In this document: positions 1-11,600 of the stretch, piece by piece
Numbering within the stretch: the stretch's first letter is position 1
Layout of the letters: every line of letters begins with the position of its first letter
Source: Magallana gigas
Lineage: Eukaryota
NCBI RefSeq assembly: GCF_963853765.1
Contig: NC_088856.1
Span: 1,054,001-1,118,000 of the forward strand
DNA: 64,000 nt
Direction: 5' to 3'
Notes under the pieces: generated by a model
What the model was told of the DNA's origin: nothing
Databases searched by the model: none
Seen by the model: the letters and a program-made list of their open reading frames with translations, nothing else
Position numbers and translations under genes: made by a program

Positions 1-34
1 ATTATTATGTATGGATGTTGTGCGAGAAAGTTTT

Positions 35-35
<1 letters not shown>

Positions 36-88
<53 letters not shown>
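36..88. repeat. (TC)n microsatellite in intron 3 of copy C0
   Basis: Direct TC run; same intronic position as the TC runs in B1, C1 and B2. Confidence 0.95.
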
Positions 89-92
<4 letters not shown>

Positions 93-169
93 CTTTTCAT
101 CAGTACAATATTCCATTATATGGATATCAAAAACTATAGAATTTTTCAATTTTGATGTTCCCTTAATAG

Positions 170-1478
170 TTCCACAAACTGCTGGTCCGTGACCTATCAA
201 CCAAGAAATACCTTCGGTTCCGGATCTGCGACACTAGTGGAGTAAAAGAAGGGGCGACTATTATAAACGAGGACATTGGTTTTATCTTGGACGGACACCT
301 TCCAAATCAATACAAGGTAAGTGAGAGTCTTGTTGTTGTAAAATCTAAACAGAAACTAAAACATTTAGGAATTAAAACTAAAAACATAATAGTGAGTACG
401 AGAACTTAATACTTTGGCTTTCTACGAGACAAAATATATCATATTCAAAATGAGAACGAAATCTGTTATATACAAAAAGTAATCTAAATTATTACACAGT
501 AGGCGAAAAGAAAAACTGGGTTCTCTACATAAAACATCCGAAAAGCATCATTTAATTATGACAAGGTATCTGTTACTGAAAAACTGGAAATCTCATCACA
601 CTGTAAAGAAGAAGTTAGCTTTCTCATGGCAATCTCACGTGTCATGATATTTTATTTTAAATGAAGACCATATGGATATGTGAAAGCACGTCTTTTATAA
701 TTTTTAGTATTGGGTCCTATGCTTTTAAGTATACGAGAAAATTAACTAATTGTGTTTATAAAACTTATCTCATTCATCATGCAAAAGTATCATTTCTAAA
801 TACATATAAAGTGATCTTTAAAACTGGAACCTTTGTAGTTTGAACTCGATTCGGGAGCGTCAACAAAAACTCCTGGCTTTGTCAAGGAACCAACTGTGAA
901 GGAAAAAATACACGTGGTCGTTTTCATCATTGACGGAAGTAACGTGAGCTTTCTGTCAAAAGACGTCGTAAAAAAGCTTAAAGAAATCAAAAGTCTTGTT
1001 ATTGAAAGAGGTATGAATTGACTCGAAATTTATAACTAAGTTATATAAAAAGAATACAGTTTATAATAATTAAAGATGAACATATATATACCATATTAAT
1101 TTGCATAAATGAGATCTAATTATGTGTTCTATTTCATCTAATGCTCAAAAACTGTAAACTTCTTTTTTAGGGATACCCCATTTAGTTTTCCTTACAAAAA
1201 TCGACGAAATTTGTGAACTGGTCAGTGATGACGTCAGCAAAGTATACAAAAGTAAAACTGTAAGGGATGCTGTCAACAGGGCCGCGGACCTCTTCGCTAT
1301 CCCTAGATCCAATGTACTTCCAGTAAAAAATTATGAGAAGGAACATGAACTTCAGACCAGTATCAACATACTGGCCCTTTTGGCCTTGCGAAAGTCACTG
1401 ATGTTTGCAGACGACTTTCTGGAGAATCAGTGTGAGCTGAAACAAGAAAATATGGAGGCTTTAAATAAACAAGACTGA
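170..1478 (+). CDS. IFI44L: IFI44-like gene copy C0, 3' part only (coding exons 4-6)
   Basis: Exons 170-316 (147 nt, FHKLLVRD...ICDTSG...HLPNQYK), 839-1010 (172 nt, FELDSGASTKTPGFVKEP...), 1171-1478 (308 nt, GIPHLVFLTKID...PVKNYEKE...ALNKQD*). All AG/GT sites and phases match the full copies downstream. The 5' exons lie upstream of the window. Confidence 0.9.
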
Positions 1479-2100
1479 TCCCCTCGTAATTTTTCTGATT
1501 TTCTGAGAAAACGATTAAACCACATTTTTGTGACTTTTTCGGATTTGTATTTTGTGTAATTGAAAGATGGTGCAATTAATAAAGGTGAATTAATGCCATA
1601 ATAAACGAGTTAATATAATAATTTGTATGGGGAGGGATTAAGCCCAAACATTGTTTATAATTTAAATACTAGTAAACGTTACATGTCTATTTATTCGGTT
1701 AAAATATTTTAGGCAGGAAAACCTGAAAAACCTACCAGTATAAATAAATCAGCTCTACTATGAGTTAAATATGTAAATGATATAAGCTTCAAACTGTGCT
1801 GTGAGCGAGATAACTGATAAAGACTGTTTTACCTAAATATAGAATGGACAGATTAAGATTTCTTTAACCATTTCCTCAATTGTGTAAAAAAAAAAATGGA
1901 CATTATTAGGTAAACCTGTTGACAAAGATGGTATTGATCCTTACAACAAAACTAATGTTGTGTGGAGTTTACTTAATGAATAGTTACTTTAAGACAAATT
2001 AAGGTAAGATTTGAAGCTGTGTCCCATAAACTTTAATTAATTTATTTACCTATTGAGACACGTGAGTCTTTTGTCTATTCGAGACAGCATTTTTATACTG

Positions 2101-3050
2101 CTACCTTTGGTGTAATATTTCATGAACAACTGAATTTCCAAAACAACGCCGATACTTTATCAAAAGCTGGTGGACGCGCTCTCGGAGGGATGGTTTCCAA
2201 AATTCGTCCATATAAAGAAATAGGAATTTCAACTTTTGAAAAATTGTTTTTAAAATTGTGTAGCGCCAGTTTGGATTATTGTAGTGAAGTGTGGGGCCTC
2301 CAGAATTATCATTCTATCGAAATGGAACAGAATCGAGCCCTCCGTTTTTACTTAGGCGTTCACAAATTAACACCTTTACCAGCGCTACACCGGGGATTTG
2401 GATTGGAACTCTGTTATGATAGACACTGTATTTACGCCGTGCGATTATGGATTCGATTGCTGACAATGGATGACAATCGGCTAACAAAGCGTGTTTTGTT
2501 GTGGGACTTTAATCAACCTGGTTTATGTAGATTGACATTACGCATTAAATCACTGTTCGAATCCACGAATCTTTTACATATTTATGATAATTTATCAGTC
2601 TGTGATGTTAATGAATTTGAAAACAAACTGTTTCTTACTTATGAAAATGAATCGTTGGGAAAGATAAACCAATTACCAAAATTGCAATTGTATAAAAGCA
2701 TTAAAACAAATTTTAAAACTGAAAAGTACCTTGAAATGAACATTTCAAAATCTCAAAGATCTATTTTGGCACAATTCAGGTGTGGGATACTCCAAATAAG
2801 AACTGAAAACGGGGCGATATAAGGGGGAACCTCTCGATGAAAGAATATGTAATTTTTGTGTATCAAATGAAATAAAAGACGAGAATCATTTTCTGTTTAA
2901 TTGTGAAATGTATTCTGATTTTAGAAGGGAATTATTCAATAATGTAGGATATAATCCAACACTAGTAATGTCAAATTAAGACTGTATCTTTTCTCTACTG
3001 TCAAATGTTCCGAGACAAACCTCTAAATATTTACTTGAATCTTGCTTTAA
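2101..3050 (+). mobile_element. Non-LTR retrotransposon (LINE, CR1/L2-like) ORF2 C-terminal fragment, degenerate
   Basis: ORF 2190-2822 plus flanks read (Y)LGVIFHEQLNF...ALGG...LDYCSEVWG...QNRALRFYLGV...RLW.RLL.MDDNRLTKRV...KLQLYKSIK..F.TEKYL...QRSILAQFRCG...*GEPLDERICNFC...DENHFLFNC. This is the typical post-RT region with a Cys/His motif. It is absent from the paralogous spacers at ~25.4 kb and ~59.4 kb. Ends approximate. Confidence 0.8.
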
Positions 3051-3199
3051 TGTGTATTAATATGGAAGATAACTAAAAGGATTTAAAAGTAACAGAAAAG
3101 GGTTAAACTACAAAAAACTGTTATAACTCTACATGTTATCACATAACTCGCAAAATGTATTCCTTTATGATTGAAATGTTATACCGTACTTGAATTTCA

Positions 3200-3216
3200 G
3201 AAAATGAAACGAAAGT
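3200..3216 (+). promoter_or_regulatory. ISRE/IRF-element-like motif GAAAATGAAACGAAAGT upstream of copy A1
   Basis: Contains GAAANNGAAA; identical at 25693-25709 and partly retained at 59930-59940. Function inferred only. Confidence 0.45.
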
Positions 3217-3432
3217 AGCAAAATTGCGCGGTTTGTATAGTTTGATTGTTACTTTGAACAATGTAGTTTCTTAGACTTTATATCTCAAGGAGCTCACATC
3301 AGTAAACCTGAACTAACAAATGAAAGGTTTAGGCAACCAACAGTTGCATACTAACTTATTTCGATAGTCAAGATTATTCGTGTTCGTTCTACTTTCTATT
3401 CCTCTTGCAAGTCTGATATCATAAATGATTAA

Positions 3433-4288
3433 GGACACTCAGGGTTTGAGTTCTCAAAGTCGGATTGTTATCAAGTTCAATATGATGAGTAACATTTGTT
3501 TTAATCACTAAAAGTATTTATGAAATGAATTATTATTGACAAACCATTCTATCTTTATCATTTTTACTATATTATGGAACTAGGCTCAAACAAAGTTTGA
3601 CTTTTTCAAAACAGAATAAAATTCGGACTAAAATTTTCAGATTTTGTTTTTCCCTTAAATATTTTTGGTAGTACTGTAATATTCACAGTTAAGATTTTAT
3701 TTGTTAGTCAACATAATTTTGCATATTTTCTGTTGGTTTTATCTCACTCTTTTGTTTAGATATTTGAATGGCACACACTACAAAAATATTGAAAAATGCT
3801 TAAAAATGATAAAAGACACCTTAACTCAAAGTGTTGATCATTGACCTCATATAACTTTTATGCCTGCAGAGTAAGGTTAATATACCAAGTTTAATGCTAT
3901 AAATGTTTTGGTATTATCATCATTTAGTTTTTTGTAAAATTGAGTTAAAAAGTGTAGGAATTTGGAAACTGATAGAGGAAAATGAAAACTTAATGCTTTG
4001 TGTCTGTTTAGTGTCACTGCCATTCATCAACTGAATTTCATTTTTAAAAGAATTTAGCAATTTCAATTATTTTCACAATTAAGAAAATCTCAATCATAGT
4101 GTTAAATTTTCGGGGATTTTTCTTAAATTTTCAAAAAATATTCAATGGCCATTATCTCAAAAAGTAGATCATTGACCTACTTTTTTGAAAGTGAAAAATA
4201 GCACTACCATGAAAGGTCTTTAACACACAATAGATGGTTTTTCATTATCATCAGTGGAATTTTTTTTCATCCTGAGTAAACGTATACC
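3433..4288. mobile_element. Non-autonomous TTAA-flanked DNA transposon (Kolobok-like)
   Basis: TTAA at 3429-3432 and 4289-4292; GG...CC ends with degenerate TIR (shared actcagg). Empty site gattaagatgcatatctgc at ~25959. Confidence 0.7.
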
Positions 4289-5008
4289 TTAAGATGCATA
4301 TCTGCATGATTAATCAAAATGACGTCATCAATTTTTAGTATCTTAAATATCAACGTTTTAAGTACATGTCTTGCATCTTAGATATTATTAATAACGTTCA
4401 TGTAGGCCTAACATATTCCTTACTCTTTTATCTTACTGATAATTATAAGTTAACTTAACTTTAAAATTTTATTTCGCATCAGTGCACGTCGACTGGGTTT
4501 TATTGCATGATATGCATGTAAACAAAAATTGCTTTTAAGAGTCATTAGAGGCAGCGTTTAGTGTTAGACTATCGGAAACCCATGACGCCAGGATACAACT
4601 TACATACCCATAAGGTTTACGGTTGACTGGTATCGTATCCTAACAAAACTTTTACAGCAGAATGTGAGTTTTTATCTCTAAACTTGAATTTGGACTCAAG
4701 TATCCTTTAAATTATACCATTGCTAATATCAGTCACACTGTGGTATTAAATCTGAATTAAGTACTACTAACAAATCATAGTCCCCACCACTTGACAATGA
4801 ATGAAATGATTCATATTGCGAAAAAATATGTATCTTGTAAAATACATTCTATAATAACTTAGCAATAAAAAGGATTACATACATGTAATATTATTGAATA
4901 TATACTAGAAAATAATGATGTATTCAACTCATTTTCAAAAATGTTACAAGACTACATTCATTTGGTTAATTCCTTTGTTTGTGCATTTGTTTGAAGGGAA
5001 TAGAAAAC

Positions 5009-6996
5009 ATGGCGGAGCTACTTGCACGTAAAGACAAGAAACAAATATCACAGTGGATTGGCAGGGACAGTCAGTTTGAGCTCCTATACAAAATAAGCCG
5101 TGACGGGATGTCTTATCAGAGGTTCCATGAGTTATGTGACAACAAAGGACCCACTGTGACAATCTTTTACAACACAGACAACAACGTGTACGGAGGGTAC
5201 CTGTCAGACAACTGGGGGAGTACTCGGAGCTGGTGTACAGACCAGAAAGCGTTCTTGTTCAAATTACATTCTGCTGGTAACTGGAAACCAGTGATGTTTC
5301 CTTATACAAGTGGAGAAACTCATTATAAAGCAGGCAATCACGGGCCATGGTTTCATTCGTTGGCTTCATGCTCAAATAATGTTTTGAAAAAAACAGTGGG
5401 CGGTTTCTATCAACTTTTTTCTGAATATGATTTCTTTGACGGCCAAAGCTTTGATATGAAAGGAGAGACCGCCCAGTCCGTGGCAAACGGTCACAATAAC
5501 GTCACCGATCTGGAGGTCTACCTGGTCAAAGGTAATCGTTATTACTAGATAGTCAAAGGTCAGTTTATATTCATGTAAGTAAATTCATGGACGTCATCAT
5601 CATGAAAACGTTAGAAAAAGTGTATCAGGTTTGTAAATGAAGATAATTTGTCAATTCACATGCATTAATTCGTATTGCAATGACTTCAATAGTTGAGGTA
5701 GCATGTAAATATACGTCTCATTTGCTAAAGTAGTTGTTGGGTTCTGTTATCAGTATCTCAGAGCAAAAATATATGTGTAAATTTACTGCAGAAATGAAAT
5801 GTGTGTACAATATACACGAGAGCTTGTAATAAATTGCCACTGTTGTTGATGGATTGCCAGATGATGAACTTGAATCTCCATGGAGGGACTCACAAGACTG
5901 GAGTTCACAGGTATGTCATTGAAAAAACACACCTAACATTCACTAGTAACACTTCATTAACTTTTACTCGAACATTTCAAATAAAACTTACAACAACCAC
6001 TCATTTCCAGTTAATAAGATCATTGTCTGCGTTATTTCGCCGTTTAAACTTCAGATTAATTGTTGCAGTACTGTTCTGTAATTAATTATCTTAAACTACA
6101 TATTTTCACAACATATAACAAGATATAGTACTATTATATTGCAATCTCGATGGCGCTTTGCATATCAAAAATAAAGAAATATCAGTAGGTTATAATCTGA
6201 TTATTTTAATTATCCGAAGAAATACAACTGACATATATTTTGTTTCTTGTGTACATGTACAATTTTTCAGACTTTTCAAGAATTAAAAGAATTTGTTGCA
6301 AATTACGATCCCCTCGAGGAGATGAAGATTCCTGAGGTCAACATCCTACTGATAGGACAGGTCGGAGCCGGAAAGTCTAGCTTCCTCAACACCATCAACT
6401 CAATCTTCAGGGGCGGTATATCCTCCCGCGCATGCACAGGAAGTGCCGAGAATAGCCTCACTAAACGTGTGAGTCGAAGATTCTGATACAATTAAAATAA
6501 ACTTTATGTCAAAGATTCAATGCTTAAAGATATTTTGAATGTTCAAATCTTCAAATCAACTCTTTATCAGTTTGAAAAATTCCGTGTTCGTGACCCTTCG
6601 ACCAAGAAATACCTCTGTTTTCGGATTTGTGACACAAGGGGGGTTGAGGAGGGACTGTCCATCAAAAGTGAAGACCTGGGCTTTATTCTGGACGGAAATC
6701 TCCCAAATCATTACACGGTATTGTTGTGTAATTTCTCAGCTGATAAATAATCAATGTGTCTTTATATGGATAGTTTTTTTTATAAAGATGATACATGTAA
6801 TAGCAAAAGGTTGATAAAGAAAGCCCAAATGGTACAGTCAAGCCACAATCATTCACAACTTTGACATCAGCTACATGTAGCTTGACAGTGAAAAATGGGC
6901 ATTGAAAATTTTTCAAATAAAACGAATCACTTTTTGCACAGATACGGAGGTTTGACAGATTCTATTATTACTTATTAGGTTAGTTACTGACTCACT

Positions 6997-7033
<37 letters not shown>

Positions 7034-8682
7034 GAGGCGAAGCCGAGCCTTCTATGAGATTGATCAACTCAATATATTTCGGTAGTGAGTCAGTAACTAA
7101 CCTAATAAGTGTTTTGTTTTCTCGAGGACTATCAAGCGACATATATATTCACAAATAGCGATGTTCTACGCAAAGCCATGTACAAGATGCCTTACATCCC
7201 GTCCAATTTAACTCATTTTAAACCTTCAAAATTTTCAATCTCACCTTTCAAATACTCTTTCAAAATCTTTGCTTCACCCATGTTTACTTACAATGTTTTG
7301 TTGCTATTCAAGTTTAAATGTTTTCTCCCTTTCCTCTGCAGAGATTTGAGCAAATTTCGACGCTGCCATTTTGTTCTGCTCCAGACAAAACAATGTGACG
7401 TCAATATTCTAAGGGCAACTACTCTAATTTTAAAGAATTTCAAAGGTCAACTACTCCAAATACTTTAAGAACTTACGGCATGCAGTTTATGTATAAAATA
7501 CTATGAAATGTCGAAATGAGTAAGCGAAGCGTCGACCAATGACGGCCATATTGCCTAATATTATTTCTCACAGAACAAATATAGAGATATATGAGGCAAT
7601 CACGTGCTATGTTTAAACCAATGAAAATGTCACATTTCAGTTCAAGGGAAAACAAAAGATGATTGTAATCTTTCATATCTCTAATGCTGCTGTACATGAT
7701 AAACAACAAAACATAATGTACCTTTTAAGTAAAATACAGTTCCACAATACAAGTAACAGAGGTGAATCAATCTGCTTTCAGTTTAACCCTGTAGAGAAAG
7801 CATCAACAAAAACTCCAGGCTTTGTCAAAGAGCCCACGGTAAAGGACAGGATACACGTGGTAGTGTTTGTACTTGATGGAAGTACCCTGGATGTTCTTTC
7901 TGAGGGGGTCGTCTCAAAACTCAAGGATATCAAAAGTCTGGTAGTGGATAGGGGTAAGTTACTTCTCTCTGTGGGGTTCGTTACAAAACTCATGGAGATT
8001 AAAAGTTTCGTGGTAGATAGGGGTAAGTAACTTCTGTCTGGGTTGTGGGGGGGGGGCATAACAGAACTCAAGGATATCAAAAGTCTCGTGGTAGATATAG
8101 AAAATAACTTTTCTCTGAGAGCCTTAACGAAAAGATATTGTTAAAAGACTTAAAACGAAATACAAAAATCAATTTTTGTGTTAAATGTCTCTTGGTGGAC
8201 AGGTATGGTTTTGTAAGTGTGATTTACTTCAGTCTCCTGGTGATTTGAGGTGAGTAACGTCTGTCAAAAATTAAGAAGGGGTTAGTCAATACCAAAAATG
8301 TTTGTGACACAGGAGAAACTTCAAAGATTGAAGTTTGTACAAGTGTAAACTTCTGCCTTCTTTTTTGTTTCTAGGTGTATCCCAGTTGGCTTTTCTAACA
8401 AAGATGGACAAGATTTGTGAAACAGTAAACAAAGACGTCAGCAAAATGTTCACGAGCAGTGTCGTAGAAGATACCGTCAATAAAGCTGCTGATATTATCG
8501 CTATCCCAAGATCACATGTACTTCCGGTCAAAAATTATGAGAAGGAATCTCAACTGAAGACGGATATAAACATCCTTGCCCTGACAGCTCTACGACAGGC
8601 GCTCATGTTTGCAGACGACTTTCTGGAAAACCAGTATGAACTGGAACAAGAAAACTCGCAGACGTTAAACACGCGGGACTGA
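5009..8682 (+). CDS. IFI44L: IFI44-like protein copy A1 (TLDc + P-loop GTPase-like), intact, ~465 aa
   Basis: Exons 5009-5531, 5861-5910, 6271-6468, 6571-6717, 7782-7953, 8375-8682 (1398 nt, open). TLDc motifs LLYKISRDG/FHELCDNKGPTVT/YGGY/AFLF/DLEVY; Walker A GQVGAGKSS; DTRG; TKMD. Confidence 0.92.
6964..7655. mobile_element. Intronic insertion with a 141-nt terminal hairpin (6970-7110)
   Basis: Absent in the paralog A2 (gacagattctat|aagatgattgtaatc at ~28665). About 60-bp near-perfect inverted arms around ggcgaggcgaagccgagcc. Confidence 0.7.
7886..8120 (+). repeat. ~69-nt tandem repeat made of the end of exon 5 plus its splice donor (about 3 units), copy A1
   Basis: Unit ...ggggtcgtctcaaaactcaaggatatcaaaagtctggtagtggataggggtaagt recurs, with donors after 7953 and 8022. 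Also seen in A2, A3 and, more decayed, in B1 and B2. Confidence 0.85.
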
Positions 8683-11600
8683 GGATGGTTCTGGTGCTAC
8701 CTGGTTTAGTGGAATCGCCTATAACTAAATGAATTTTCTTAAGAGTAATTCCCGCCTGTTCTCATTTTGGAGATCAAACATTATAGTATTTATCTGAGCA
8801 TTTTATTTCAGAGAATTTTTGCTTTATTGTGATTAAAAATAAAAGGAGACTTTAAAAACCTATTAGTGTTATCCACATCTTAATGACCAATATGGCAATC
8901 AGGCAACTTTGATTGTTTTAAAATGAAGGCTTTATGACTTTTAACACGGTGACCTAAATTAACTAAAGTAACTATTGTAGAATGCGACATTTTGGAACGA
9001 AGCGATAACCTAATATAGACGGGTCCTCACTGTCACACCTGTACAAGGATACATCATTACAATCAATTAATATTATTCAAACATCATGTTATACATTGTA
9101 AAGTTTAAATATCGGTTGACAGCAATGAAATTGTGAATAAAAGATTTAACTGTAATTCATTTCGGATTTAGAAACATTGCTTTTATGCTATAGCTGTTCA
9201 ATGAAAGTAAACAGTGTTAACCAAGGTTAAAACACTGCAGTGATGTCATTCCTTTGTTCCTGCAGTCAAAAATTTTCCTGTGACATTCCGATGTAAGCAA
9301 GCTTCTTTAAATCAGAACGTTACCAATAGTTACAGTACTTATATCCTTCAAAATCGGACTGTCTCAGGTAAATCAAAAATGAAATTCAATGGCAGTGTTT
9401 TAAGAACGATATACGATATGCCTCAAACAGTTCTGTATGAAAAAATATTGGACAGTACTCGGCCCTAAAGAACCATTACGTAAAACATGGTTATATACTA
9501 TTACTGGAAACACTAAATACAAGAATATTGTACCTGTTCTGATTAACTTGGAAATAATGATAATTACAACAGTGGAATAGATGATTTATATCCTATGTCT
9601 CCAGACTTAAAATGCAAAATGATCCCATGACTGATACATATTTCTAAAAATTTTATTTTCAATTTTTTTTACGTGAGTAGATTAAATAAGCAAAATAATG
9701 AAAAGATGCTATAGTAAACGTAATCTCTTAATCTATTTCTTTGGAAAAAGGGGTAACATAACAGTCATCTTACTAAAAAAAGCTCATTTCCAACATTTCC
9801 TCCAAGATTTTCTGCCAACTGTTAGACATTTTAACATATACATCTACATGGAGTATCCAATATTTTTAGTAGAGAGCAGTAAGTAACTAGATTGTTCACA
9901 AAACGGAACCTTTCAGATGAACATGTCCATAGCTGCTTATCCAGAAATTAAAGCTCATCTAAGTAGTTTCTACTGACACATGCAATATCCAAAAAAATGT
10001 TTATCGTCGCTTTTAAACTGGTATATTGCTCTTTTTCAGGGAAATAAATAATATATCGAACAGCCATATAAATCATGGTATTTAATGCGCTTTCGCAGCT
10101 AAAAATAGAGTGCCAGAACTTCGGCGGGAAAATTCTTGAGATCAAATAAATATTATTTAACAATTTTATTTTTCAAAGGCACATGTCAAATTAGTTATGT
10201 AGGTTTGAACGTTCACTTGAACGAACAATAATAAATCTATTCAAAAACATGTGATGACATTTACATTTGTACTTGGGCTTATTTACACCGTGATTCAGAT
10301 TTGAAGTGTGTTATAGAAAATTTAACATCCAGTATCTAAACGCCTAATGCGTAAAAAATCTGATAAACTTTTTTTCTTTCAAATTATGTTTGAAACGTGC
10401 TACCCTACCTACGAGGTTATTGACAACATGATAGTGATCCTTACAAAAACAACTAGTCTTGTATGGCATTGTTTTTTTTGTTCATTTAATCATGTAAAAA
10501 AGAATATGATGTGCTAGACAAATTTTATACCATTCACTACATTACCGTCCATTATTAACACGTTTGTGTCTGTTTGAAAGAGCACTATTACTCACATAAT
10601 ATTTTAGGGCTTAAATCAGACACTGCAACTACAAGTATTGTTATTAAAACAAGAAGATACAATGGTCTAAAACTAAATTGCTCTGTTCATGATATAAGAT
10701 AAATAAGCCAATAGTAAGATCAAAGTTAAACAAAGTATTTACCATTATTTACAAACCATGTACTACACAAAGTATAGCGATCAATTTGGAGCTGATTAAA
10801 GATTTCATAAGTTTATTAAAGTATTGCATATATTGACACTATATTTTGGATTTGAAAATATGGATTCTTAGAGCTAGATTTTGATATAAATAACAGTTAT
10901 ATTCATTTTGTGAAGAAAAGCATGTCCTAATCAAGCTACACTTTATGTTATTTGTGGTACAGTAAAACTTGTTTATAGAGAATTTATTTGCACTATTTGT
11001 AATATTGGTAGAAGTTTTTTTTAGGAAATAGGAAAATATAATGTTTGATTATATACTGAAATTTTAATGTTCTCTCTTATACCTTTGTATGTTTTATATG
11101 TTTCTTTTTCGACAAATCATTATCTTATTTTCATTTGTAGCTTATCTGTAGCCATAAATAGGTAGATATTCAAATATAACTGATATTTTAGGTAATATTT
11201 GTATAATTAAGGTCAGTTAAACATTTATTTTTGTGAAAATTGCAAACATTTATGTTTATCTAAATTGAATTGCTTAATGACTGTTACAATAAGATTGGCA
11301 AAATTCTAGTTCAAAAGACTGTATGCAATCAATGAAATTATTCTGTTTACACATAATTTTTTTGTAAACTGCTTTCTGCCTTTCAGAAAAATAAGGAAAA
11401 TGCGTATTTTTTACATATATTGGTAAAGTTAAATTTTAAAGGGAATGTTTAAGAAAAGCTTATGCAATATCTAAAGCTTGTACTTAAAAGATGAATTTAT
11501 TAAATTATCAATACTTATTGATATCTTACTACTCCATCTAATATTCATGATGTTGCTAGACTACTTATTCACATATTGCATTTTATTGATACGCCTGTTG

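Noticed and set aside
7-192. ORFs containing LSLSLS runs (also 13794, 22106, 22206, 48713, 57473)
   Set aside because: Translations of TC/GA microsatellites; the real exons end before the tracts.
796-990. Minus-strand ORFs overlapping IFI44-like exons (796, 6303, 7778, 8286, 14859, 23299, 28007, 28791, 43877 etc.)
   Set aside because: Antisense shadows of coding exons, recurring only because the exons are duplicated.
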